Assembly: GCF_030028105.1 (NCBI RefSeq)
Contig: NC_092396.1
Coordinates: 18,993,820 to 19,057,819, forward strand
Length of the DNA stretch: 64,000 nucleotides
DNA from: Mobula birostris
Taxonomy: Eukaryota
Direction of reading: 5' to 3'
The notes beneath the pieces were generated by a model. It ran no database searches, was not told where the DNA came from, and was given only the letters and a program-made list of their open reading frames with translations. Positions within the stretch are counted from its first letter, which is position 1. The number at the start of each line of letters is the position of its first letter. Shown piece after piece: positions 27,005 through 37,939 of the stretch. A program made the position numbers and the translations under genes.

Positions 27005-27349
27005 TACATCAATACCTCTTCGGTTTTCTCCTATGATTAGATTAGATTCAACTTCATTGTCATTGTGCTGAGTATGGATACAAAGCCTATTAAATGCAGT
27101 TAGCATCTGACCAGAAATGCAAAGAATAGTGTTATTTACAAAGTAACAGTGAATCAAAAGTGCTACAGCACACAGATATAAAAGTACTGAGACAGTACTT
27201 TTTTTTAAAGTTTTATCTTTAAACAGGCTTTAGGTCACTGGCAATAAAATTTGTATTATAATGCTTTTGTGAAGAGTTATGTTGCAGGCACTATGTAAAT
27301 CTGTTATTGTCCTCATCTGAACATGCTTTCACTTTTTTCTAAAACAAAA

Positions 27350-28630
27350 ACATAAAGAGCAGGAACTGAAGTAGCCAATTGTGTCCTCAAGCATAATACA
27401 TCATTAGGTAAGATTATGGCTAATCTAAACATGATGTGAAAACCACTTTCTCCCACCGCCTCTCCATTTTATTTCAAAGTTTAGCAATGTCTGCCTTAAT
27501 CTGAAACTATAACCTTTAGTTCTAGACATCTTGTTAGAGGAAGCGTTCTCTAGCATCCACCCTGTCAAGCCCTCAGAATCTTAAATGTTTCAATAACTTT
27601 GTCTTCTAAATTTCTAGCAATATAAGCCCAATCTTTCTTCATAGATCCATCTTTTCACCCCCAAATTAATTTAGGGATCTTTCTCTGCACTGCCTCCAAT
27701 ACAAAAATATCTTGCCTTAAACATGGAGACAAAAACTGTTCAGAACTGTAAATTTTACTTAAAATATCACTACTTTTGTGCCCCAAATTCCTAGCAATAA
27801 AGCCCAATATGACATTATGATTTGTACTTGCATGCTGAATCCTTGTGTTTCATGTACTGTACCATAATGCCTAGATGTCCTTGTATCACAGCACTTTGTT
27901 GTCTCACATCATTTAAATAATATTATTACTCATTCTTCCTTCCAAAGTGAAGACCTTCACATTTTCCTACATTACTCTCCATCTGCCATCTTCTTGCCCA
28001 CTCACTTAATGCCTTTGCAAATATTTTGTTTTCTCCCCACAATCTGCTAACCTATCATCAATGTTGGTCTCTCAGTTATTAATAGATTATAAATAGTTGA
28101 GGACCCACCACTGTGGGTTTTGATACCAATTTAAAACTGACCTATCTTGCTCAACTCTGATTCTCTAGTATTAAACATTCCACTATCTAGTCAATAATTA
28201 TGCCCAAGTTTATGCCCTTACCTTTTTCAACAACTTACATAGCATCCGTTAGTCTTGCAAGACCATGGATCTGTGCCTGGATTCTCCAGGGCACAGGCCT
28301 GGGCAAGGTTTTATGGAAGACCGTAAGTTGCCCATGCAGCAGGTCTCCTCTCTCCACACCGCCAGTGTTGTCGAAGGGAAGGGCAAGGGCCGATACAGTT
28401 TACATAGCACACTTTGTAAAGTCATATACACTACATCTACTAGTTCTGCTCTTTTCCACTGTGAATTATATTCTCAAATAATCCTAGCAACTTAATAAAC
28501 ATGATTTGTCTTTTATAAAATAATGTAGATTATGCTTAATAAACAAGATTTCCTAACTGTTATGCAATTATCTCCATAATTATGGATTCCAACAATTTCC
28601 CAATGACAAGTACTAGGCTAACTGGGTTAT
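27350..28630 (-). mobile_element. Decayed CR1 LINE fragments
   Basis: Reverse complement of CR1 ORF2 C-terminus and 3' UTR motifs seen in other copies in the window. Confidence 0.6.
28245..28399. mobile_element. 155-bp structured insertion with TSD, unclassified
   Basis: 10-bp TSD TTACATAGCA (28235-28244 and 28400-28409); GC-rich with internal hairpins. Confidence 0.65.
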
Positions 28631-28634
28631 TATT

Positions 28635-29470
28635 TATGCCATCTTATTGGCTCTTCACACAACCCTGGAACATCTGGACAGAAAAGATGCGTACACCTGA
28701 ATGCTCTTTATCGATAACAGCTCAGCATTTAATACCATCATCCCTTTTCTCATTTGTAGACCCCAGATAGTTCAGATTGGCAAAACCATCTCCTCCACAA
28801 TCTCTATCAGCACAGGAGCACCACGGGGATGTGTGCTTAGCCACCTGCTCAACTCGTTTTAGACCTAAGACCATGTGGGTTAGCACAGCTCCAACACCAT
28901 ACACAAGTTCGCTGATAAGACCACTGTTGTGGGCTGTATCAAAAATGGTGATGAATCAGGTGCAGATTGAAAATTTGGCTGAGTGGTGTAATAACAACAA
29001 CCTCTCACTCAATGTCAATAAGAACGAGCTGATTGTGGACTTCAGGAGAGGGAAACCAGAGGTCCATGAGCCAGTATTCATCAGAGGATCAGAGGTGAAG
29101 ATGGTCAGTAAATTCAAATTCCTGGATGTCACTATCTCAGAGGTCCTATATCAATCATAGAAAAATAATAGCATTGAAAACCAACAGTGCCACTACATCC
29201 TCGGGAGTCTGTGGAGATTCGGCTTGTCATCAAAAACCCTGACAAACTTCTATAGATGTATGTTGACTGGCTTTATTATAGCCTGGTATGAGAACACCAA
29301 TGCCTTTAAGCAGAAAACCCTACAAAAGGTAGTGGATTCGAGCCAGTATGCCATGGATAAAACCCTCCCAACCTTTGAGCACATCTACATGAAACACTAT
29401 TGTAGAAAAGCAGCATCCTTCATCAAAGATCCTCACCATTCATTTTTCTCACTGCGGCCATCAAGTAGGT
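28635..29470 (+). mobile_element. Rex1/Babar LINE fragment
   Basis: Same family as 23850-25438 (ENLAEWCNNNNLSLNVNKNELIVDFRRGKP). Confidence 0.85.
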
Positions 29471-29739
29471 GAATTTTGAATCGTAGTTTCCTACCTAGTT
29501 TTGTAATCTCCAATTTGATGATGAGTTAGTTTAAATTCCATCTTCCTAGAACCCTTGATTACCTATTAGTATTAGAATATATTTAGTAATCAGTATCATA
29601 AAAACCAACATTTAGAATCTCTGCCATTTCTCAGTTTCCCATTATTAGTTCAGCAGTTTCATCCTCCAACAGACATCTATTCCATTTCATAAATGCTGAG
29701 TGTATGTATGATTTCTAACGTAATATATTATTTGAAAGA

Positions 29740-30050
29740 AGAAGGATGAGAAGTCAGTTGATAGAGGTGTACAAGATCATAAGGGGCGTAGATTGAGTGG
29801 ATAGCAAGAGATTCCCCCCCCCCAAGTCAAAATGGCTAATATGAAGGGGCATAATTTTAAGGTGACTGGAGGAAAACATACAGAGGATGTCTGAGAAGTT
29901 TTTTTTTAAACAGAGCGATGAGTATGTGGAACACACAGCCCAGGGTGGTGGTAAAGGCAGATATATTAGGAACTTAGGCACATGAATGATAGAAAAATAG
30001 AAGGGCCTCTATTGTGCTGAAATGTTCTATGTTCTATTTGCTAGTTCACT
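29740..30050 (+). mobile_element. CR1 3' fragment
   Basis: RRRMRSQLIEVYKIIRGVD motif followed by CR1 3' UTR. Confidence 0.7.
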
Positions 30051-30094
30051 CCATACTCTATCTTCTCCCTCTTTATACTTTTTTCAATCATAGT

Positions 30095-30790
30095 GTCACA
30101 GAACATAGAGATAAGCCCTTCAGCCCTTGCTACCAAGATGCCCATCCAAGCTACTTCCATTTGCCAGAATTTGTCCAAAATCGTTCCAAACCATATACCT
30201 GTCCAACTGCTTTTTAAAGTTGTTATTGTACCTTCCTCAAACAGTTTCTCTGACACCTCATTCCAAATAAATTCTACCATTTGTGTAACAAAAAAAGTTG
30301 CCCTGTAGTTTCTAATAATTCTTTCCCCTCTTGCCTTAAAACTATGCCCTTCATTTCTTGATTCCCAACCCTGGGAAAAGAGACTGAGTGCATTCACCTT
30401 GTCTTTGACCCTCATGATTTTATATACAACATAATTTCTCTCAGTCTCCTAAACTTCAAGGAATAGAGTCCTAGCCTGTCCAACTTCTTCCTATAAATCA
30501 TCATCTCAAGCCCTGGCGACATCCTTGTAAGTATTTTCTGCACTCTTTGAGTTTAACAATTTCTTTCCCATAGCAAGGTGACCAATACTGAGCACAATAC
30601 TCGAAGTGTGGCCTCACCAGCAGTCTGTACAACCACATCATGACCTCCCAACTTTTATACTCGATGCCCTGACTGATGAAGGCCAGCATGCCAAAAGTCT
30701 TTTCTACCTACAATTCCACTTTCAGTAAACCATGTACTTGTACTCAAGATCCCTCTATTCTACAACACTCCCCATTCACTACTATTCTAT
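30095..30790 (-). mobile_element. CR1 3' fragment
   Basis: LYRLLVRPHFEYCAQYWSP on the minus strand. Confidence 0.8.
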
Positions 30791-31232
30791 ATAGGATCAG
30801 TGTTTTAGCCCTGGCTGTTCCCACGGTTGAGCAGTTAAAATATCATCTTCAAAATTTTTGGAAAGTAAGTGGGATTGCAACCAAGAATAAGATGTAAAGA
30901 GGATATAGGGGATATAGACAAGCTTATTGAATGGGCAAGAACAAGGTAAAATAGAAAATTCTAGGCTATCAGACTATCCTCACAATTTGCTGTTTACTTA
31001 TACTTTCAAAAGGCCTTTGGTAAGGTACTGCACATGAGACTGCTAAACAAAGGCTCTTGGTATTACAGGAAGGATACAAGCACCCACAGATGATTGGCTG
31101 GCTGGCAGAAGACAAATAGTGGGAATAAAAGAGGCCTTTTTTGGTTGGTTGCTGGGACTAATGGTATTCTACCAGAGTCAGTGTTGGGTCCACTACTTTT
31201 TTAAGTTATATGTTAATGATCTTGATTACAGA

Positions 31233-31762
31233 GTTACACACACAAAATGCTGCAGGAACTCAACAGGCCAGGCAGCATCTATGAAAAAGAATACAGTCAA
31301 TGTTTTGGGCTGAGACCCTTCAGCAGGACTGGAGAAAAAAACTGAGTAGAGTTAAAAGGTGGGAGGAGGAGAGGAAGAACCATCTCCTTTTCCCTCTCTC
31401 ACCTCAGCTCCTTGCCTGCCCATCTCTGTGCTCCTCCCCACTTTTCTTTCTTACAGGGCCTTCTGTCCGCTCCTATTAGATCCCCCCTTCTCCAGCCCTG
31501 TATCTCTTTCACCAACCAACTTCCCAACTCTTTACTTCACCCCTCCCCTCCCAGTTTCACTTATTACCTTGTGCATCTCCCTCCCCTCCCCACCCCCTTT
31601 TAACTCTACTCCTCATCTTTTTTTCCTCCAGTCCTGCTGAAGGGTCTTGGCCTGAAACAACAACTGTACTCTTTTCCATAGATGCTGCCTGGCCTGCTGA
31701 GTTTCTCCTGCATTTTGTGTGTGGTGCTCGGATTTCCAGCATCTGCAGATTTTCTCCTGTTT
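31233..31762 (+). mobile_element. Penelope-like terminal fragment with inverted pLTR
   Basis: Inverted ends; 11-bp TSD TTGATTACAGA (31222-31232 and 31763-31773); decayed hammerhead motifs at ~31294-31331 (-) and ~31629-31666 (+). Confidence 0.85.
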
Positions 31763-32329
31763 TTGATTACAGAACTGATGGCTTTGTGGCCAAGTTTGCA
31801 GATGATACAAAGATAGGTGGAGGAGCAGATACTATCGAGGAGGCAGAGAATCTGCAGATTAGGAGAATGGGCAAAGTGGAAAATGTAATATATTGCTGGA
31901 AGTGTATGGTAATGCACATTGGTGGAAGGAATCAAGTTGTTGGCTATTTTCTAAACAGGCAGCAAACTCAGAAACCAGAGGCGCAAAGGGACTTGGGAGT
32001 CCTAGTGCAGGATTCCCCTTAACGTTAACTTGTAGGTTAAGTAGGTAGAAAGGAAGGCAACTACAATGTTAATATATGCTTTTCAAAAGGAGTAGAATAC
32101 TGTATAAAAGCAATATATAATGCTGAGACTTTGTAAGGCAATGGTCAGACCACATTTGGAGTACTGTGTATAGTTTTAGGCCCTACATCTATGAAAGGAT
32201 ATGCTGACATTGGAGAGGGTCCAGAGGAAGTTTATGAGAATGACCCCAGGAATGAAAGGGTTAACTTATGAAGTATGTTTAATGGTTCTAGGGTTGTACT
32301 TGCTGGAGTTTAGAAGAATGAATGGGGAG

Positions 32330-32839
32330 GATGCTGTCAAAGTAACTGTCATCGCTGATAATAAAATAACTAAAATATCCAAAATGACTGGGCCCAGAAC
32401 ACATGAACTCTTACAACTCAAGCATTCCTTTTATTTTACTTGTGCACAAGAACAGCATGTTTGTCACCCACATTTTTTACACAGAATTGGTTTATCAGTT
32501 ATGGATATTGATTACTGTCAAACATTACCACGTGTTTGAATCCCTTACTTGCAAGATCAATTGCCGCTTACAATAGAGGTGCTAAAAGTCAATCGAAACT
32601 TCAAGCAGGCAGCCGACGTTAGTAAAGAAAATAGAGTCTTAGTTGTTGGGTATGATTCACATCCTTCTGTTATCTTGTCTGTCCCCATGTATGTTTTAGG
32701 AAGACCTTTCTGGAAAAGTCTGACTACAGAGGCCTTACTCATTTGGCTTGAGTACATATTACCTCTTCTGTGGTAAGCAGAGGTGCCTCTGGTGGTCTCA
32801 CTTGACTACAAATGCCCCAGTCTATCTAAAACTTCCACA
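32330..32839 (+). pseudogene. Foreign 170-codon coding fragment of unknown origin inserted in CR1
   Basis: ORFs 32201-32539, 32549-32776 and 32783-32998 share one frame, with only two stops in the insert; flanked by a GGGAG duplication; no similarity to other repeats in the window. Confidence 0.55.
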
Positions 32840-33229
32840 GGGAGATCTCATCAAAACCTACCAAATACTGAAAGGCCTAGACAGAATGGAGGTGCAGAGA
32901 AAGTTTCCGATAGTGGGGCAGTCCAGGACAAGAAGGCACAGCCTCAGAACAGAAGGCTGAGAGACGAGGGGGGAGTTTCTTTAGCCAGAGGGTGTTGAAT
33001 TTGTGGAAATCATTGCCATAGATGGCAATCAGTGGAGGCTAAGTCATTTGGGTGTATCGATATCACACATCGATAAAACTCTTGATTAGTAAGAAAGTCA
33101 GAGGTTTGGAGAGAAGGCAGGAGAATGGATTGAGGGGGAAAATAAATCAGCCATGATCGAATTGTGGAGCAGAATCAATGGGACAAATGGTCTGATTCTG
33201 TTTCTATGTCATACAGTCATCTACTTTGG

Positions 33230-33910
33230 TGCATGTAACAGAAAAATAGCACTTGTTAAATGCTGAGAGATTGGGTGATACACAACTTCGATGCTTCGTC
33301 ACGAATCACAGAAAACCAGTATGGAGGTGAATCAAGCAGGTGGGAGCAAAAATGATACATTAGCCTTTATTACAAGATAGCTTGTTTATAGTCATAGTCA
33401 TACTTTATTGATCCCGGGGGAATTTGGTTATTGGTTATGGAAGCTTTACTGCAATTGTGTAGGCCCTTGATAAGGCCCACGTGGTGTATTCTGTACAGCT
33501 TTGGTCTCCTTGCCCCGAAAGAATATACTGCCATAGAGGGAGTGCAACAAAGGTTGATTGGTTCCAAGAAGGCATGTTTGCTATACAAGAAGTCAGTCAA
33601 TACCCTGGGACTACATTCCTCAGATTTCAAACGACAAGAGGAAATCTTATCAATACTTACAAAATTCATAAAACGACTAGATAAGGAAGGTGTAAGGAGA
33701 TGTTTACCATCTGAGGAGTCTAGGGCCAGCAGTACAGTTTGTGAATTGGGAATCGGCCATTTAGGACTGAGCTGAGGAGAAATTACTTCAAAGGTAGTAA
33801 GCATTTGGAATTCAGCATCCCTTACAGCAGTGAAAGTTCAGTCACTTTATTAATCTAAAATAGAGATTGGTAGTTTTCCGGACATCAAGGAATCAAGGGA
33901 TAAAGGAAGT
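33230..33910 (+). mobile_element. Decayed CR1 3' fragment with a ~40-bp (ATAGTC)n-tailed insertion
   Basis: RPLIRP..YSVQLWSP..IEGVQQR motifs; antisense microsatellite-tailed end at ~33388-33428. Confidence 0.65.
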
Positions 33911-34444
33911 AGTGCCATAATCAGACAAATGACATCAAGCTGATGTTACATTTTAATATTCACACATGCTTGGTTAGCTACTGATGATGCAGCCAATTGA
34001 TGAAGTTACTCTCTCTCAGAAAAATCTACCTCTACTGAGTTTTTCAAAATGTCTGATATTTAATCTACTTCCCCATTCACTTTGCCATAATAAATAATTT
34101 TTAATTTTAAATTTAGGATTGTAATTGCAAACTCCAATTCATCATCTAATCAAATTTGGAATTTAAGCATATTATGATCACTTTCCTATGGAATCCTAGA
34201 TCGATTAACAGGTCTACATAATCCGCTCTTTGGTTGGTTCCACAGTGTATGACTTTAAGAACTCGCCCAAATAAAACTCTCCCAATATAGTTTGCCCGAT
34301 GTAATTATTGAAATCTCTTCCTCACGAGCCCCCATTACTTCATGTATACACAGTTTTACATTACTTTTACTGCTACCGATTTACTACAAATTACTACTAC
34401 CAATGAACTCTTACCCTTTCTATATTTTATTTCACCCAAACTGA

Positions 34445-35290
34445 TTCTGGGGCGGATTTTCGCGTAGAATGCTCGATAGCAGTTCAGTAAAGGAACCCCG
34501 GATCAATTTCTTTCGCTTCAGTTTAAATTATAGCTATTTTTAGACAATAAAGGATATGTAAAGTAGAATCAAACGAGCATTTCCTCGGGAACTCGCTCTA
34601 ACCTACTATGGAGACGGCCTTTCTCTGTGTTTAATTAATCTAAAGTGGCAAAGTTGTATAGGTTCCAAACCCTTCACATTAAGGAAGAAAACAGGATGGA
34701 TGCCTATGTGCTGATAGTTATCCACTGACTGACAATAAGTAAGGATTATAATGATGTACTACAAATGAATTACGTGCTTACATTGAACATGAAACGGGGA
34801 AATAAATCAAGGAAGAAAACTAGACGCTGAGGCTTCCCACTCTGCATTGCGTAGTACACAACTAGCTAGCTATTCACCACCTGTTTTCTGTAGCGAAATG
34901 CAGCTCGGTCTTTAAACAGAGATCCTTCGCCTGTCTGTGTTCTTTTTCTAAACAGTGACTCGTGGGATCACAATGGGAAAAGAAATGTCTCGAGACAGAG
35001 CTGGGAATGTCCCCAAACACTGCCAGTGGAGGCCGACTCCAAGGGAAAGTTCCGACCCAACCACAATCGGCCATAACGGCTTACCTGCTGAAAGCCACGA
35101 ACTCCGGCGGCCTTTGTTTCCCCTACACCGCTTCCAGTGCAACAACACTGGGGATTCTTAAGGGCCACGCGTGAAACAAGGCCGGGATTATAGTATCAGA
35201 GCGACGGGGCAAGGTTCAGGTCCGACCTGGTGGGGGTGAGGTAAACAAGGTTCGGGCGTGAAATACGGCAAGCAGCCATGGAACTTTAGG
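34445..35290 (-). promoter_or_regulatory. CpG-enriched putative promoter and non-coding first exon of a minus-strand gene
   Basis: The main non-repeat CpG-rich tract in the window; GC box GGGGCGG (~34449); minus-strand donor CAG|GTAAGC (exon ends 35085); kB-like sites GGGAATGTCCCC (35003-35014) and GGGAAAGTTCC (35043-35053). Confidence 0.55.
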
Positions 35291-36355
35291 CTATCAATGA
35301 TTAAAAGGGGAAAAGAAACTTGCACAAAGGTCCTTTTTTTGATTTTAAAAGACGGGAGGAAATATATTTAAATCCGTGGATGGTTATTGTCACAATGAGC
35401 AAATACGTGCAACTGAGACAACTAGTGGCAACTTCTCAACAGTGCACATTATTCTTACTCACCTCCTGGAGGCCGCACAGGACAGTTTTCCATATGACCG
35501 GTTTGAAATACAGTTAAGAATATTTTAAAATAAAACCAAAAGTAATTTGTTAGTTAGACCTATATAATTTTGACATGTTGGTTGTAAGCAGACGGGAGGA
35601 AGGTAAGGGGAGAGTGGTAACTGTTTTAACAATATCTAACACTAATTAATTGTTTGAATATATTTGAAATATCTTCATTTTTCCATTTTTAATAAGCTGA
35701 CACTATTACATTACTTAGATCAGCTCTCCCATATTACTTATTCTATAGTATTGATTTTCCCAGGCTTACTGCAAAATGTTCAAAACTCTGGAACATTCAC
35801 ATATTAGAAGCGGTGATGTGGATAGGGGAGATGAGGACAAAATGCCCAGATACGTATACAATATTACAATGGTAACCAAAATAAATATCTCCAATGAGCC
35901 AAAGGAAATAATACTAAACCGGTGGAAGAAAGTATTGGGTAAGATTCAAAATCAGCAATATGGTGGAAATGAAGACTAAATGGATAATGGGTAACCTTCC
36001 AAGAATGTTCAAATACACATTACAAGCAATACCTCAAGAATAGGGTAAAAGAAGAAATTGGGTGTCACAGCTAGAAGTTTTGATAATGCTAAAACATCAC
36101 GTTGAGAACCAATAATGTGGCTGATCCACATGACATTCCTTTTCTCCAGCAGTTTTACTGCCAATTTATAAGACAATATGAATATCTACTGTTCAGTTTT
36201 AATCAACTAGACAAAGTTTAGTTTTAACCCTGGATGTTGATTGTACCTGTCAAAATGTGGATGCAAGGCAAGAACTGAGCAAGTAAATTTTATGCAACAC
36301 ATATAAAAGTTGCTGCTGAACGCAGCAGGCCAGGCAGCATCTCTAGGAAGAGGTA

Positions 36356-36393
36356 CAATCGACGTTTCGGGCCGGGACCCTTCGTCAGGATTA
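36356..36393 (-). ncRNA. Minimal type I hammerhead ribozyme motif, intact core
   Basis: TAATC-CTGACGA-A-GGGT(CCCG)GCCC-GAAAC-GTC-GATTG. Confidence 0.75.
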
Positions 36394-37509
36394 ACTGAAG
36401 GAAGAGCTAGTAAGAGATTTGAAAGTGGAAGGGGGAGGGGGAGATCTGAAATGATAGGAGAAGACAGGAGGGGGAGGGATGGAGCCAAGAGCTGGACAGG
36501 TGATTGGCAAGAGGGATATGAGAGGATCATGGGACAGGAGGCCTAGGGAGAAAGAAATTTCACGCACATCTGCGCTCGCTCCATCCTCCCGCCACCCCAC
36601 TAGGAATAGGGTTCCCCTTGTGCTCACCTACCACCCCACTAGCCTCCGGGTCCAACATATAATTCTTCGTAACTTCCGCCACCTCCAACGGGATCCCACC
36701 ACTAAGCACATCTTTCCCTCCCCCCCCCCCCGCTTTCCTATGTGACTCCCTAGTCCATTCGTCCCCCCCATCCCTCCTCACCAATCTCCCGCCTGGCACC
36801 TATCCTTGTAAGTGGAACAAGTGCTACACATGCCCTTACACTTCCTCCCTTACCACCATTCAGGGCCCCAGACAATCCTTCCAGGTGAGGTGACACTTCA
36901 CCTGTGGGTTGGCTGGGGTGATATACTGCGTCTGGTGCTCCCGATGTGGCCTTTTATATATTGGCAAGACCCAACGCAGACTGGGAGATCGTTTCGCTGA
37001 ACACCTACACTCTGTCCGCCAGAGAAAGCAGGATCTCCCAGTGGCCACACATTTTAATTCCACATCCCATTCTCATTCTGATACGTCTATCCACGGCCTC
37101 CTCTACTGTAAAGATGAAGCCACACTCAGGTTGGAGGAACAACACCTTATATTCTATCTGGGTAGCCTCCAACCTGATGGCATGAACATTGACTTCTCAA
37201 ACTTCCGCTAATGCTTCACCTCCCCCTTGTACCCCATCCATTATTTCTTTATAAACACATATTCTTTTTCTCTCTCTCCTTTTTCTCCCTCTGTCCCTCT
37301 CACTATACCCCTTGCCCATCCTCTGTGCTTTTCCCCCCTCCCCCTTTTCTTTCTCCCTAGGCCTCCTGTCCCATGATCCTCTCATATCCCTTTTGCCAAT
37401 CACCCGTCCAGCTCTTGGCTCCATCCCTCCCCCTCCTGTCTTCTCCTATCATTTCAGATCTCCTCCTCCCTCTTCCACTTTCAAATCTCTTACTAGCTCT
37501 TCTTTCAGT

Positions 37510-37547
37510 TAGTCCTGACGAAGGGTCTCGGCCCAAAATGTCGACTA
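37510..37547 (+). ncRNA. Hammerhead motif with mutated core
   Basis: TAGTC-CTGACGA-A-GGGT(CTCG)GCCC-AAAAT-GTC-GACTA; GAAAC has become AAAAT, consistent with CpG decay. Confidence 0.55.
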
Positions 37548-37939
37548 TACCTCTTCCTTGAGAAGCTGCCTGGCCTGCCGCGTTCACCAGCAACTTTTAT
37601 GTGTGTTGAGTGAAGTAAATTTTATATTTTCTTTAAGAATCCTCTGCCTTCTCCCCACAGATTCTTGGCCCTCTCTGCTTCAGTCTTCCTGTCATCTCCT
37701 AATCATAAAGCCTTTTTCCTCCAACCTCCTTTTCACATCACTTGCCATGGTCTCTGCTCTCAGATCCCATCCCAGTGCTGGTTCATTCAGCTGACAGTTT
37801 GAAACTACTGAGATTTTAGAAAAGTAAGGCTTGGGGAAATTAAATAAGACCACAATTGCAAAATTCTATTAAAATAAACCCTCTCTCATCTTGACATCAA
37901 CTGAAAAGGGGGATAGTATCTTAAGCAAAATGGTTGGTG

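Larger units (their letters stand above)
30880..33225 (+). mobile_element. CR1 LINE interrupted by two insertions
   Basis: VAKFADDTKIGG, LERVQRKFMRMTPG, GDLIKTYQILKGLDR; split by 31233-31762 and 32330-32839. Confidence 0.85.
36294..37612 (+). mobile_element. Penelope-like element (GIY-YIG region plus pLTR, inverted pLTR at 5' end)
   Basis: GVIYCVWCSRCGLLYIGKTQRRLGDRFAEH; ~260-bp inverted terminal repeats; 13-bp TSD AAGTAAATTTTAT (36281-36293 and 37613-37625). Confidence 0.92.

Noticed and set aside
32330-32839. Mitochondrial insertion (numt) explanation for the insert
   Set aside because: Several in-frame AGA codons, which are stops in the vertebrate mitochondrial code, and no resemblance to mitochondrial proteins.
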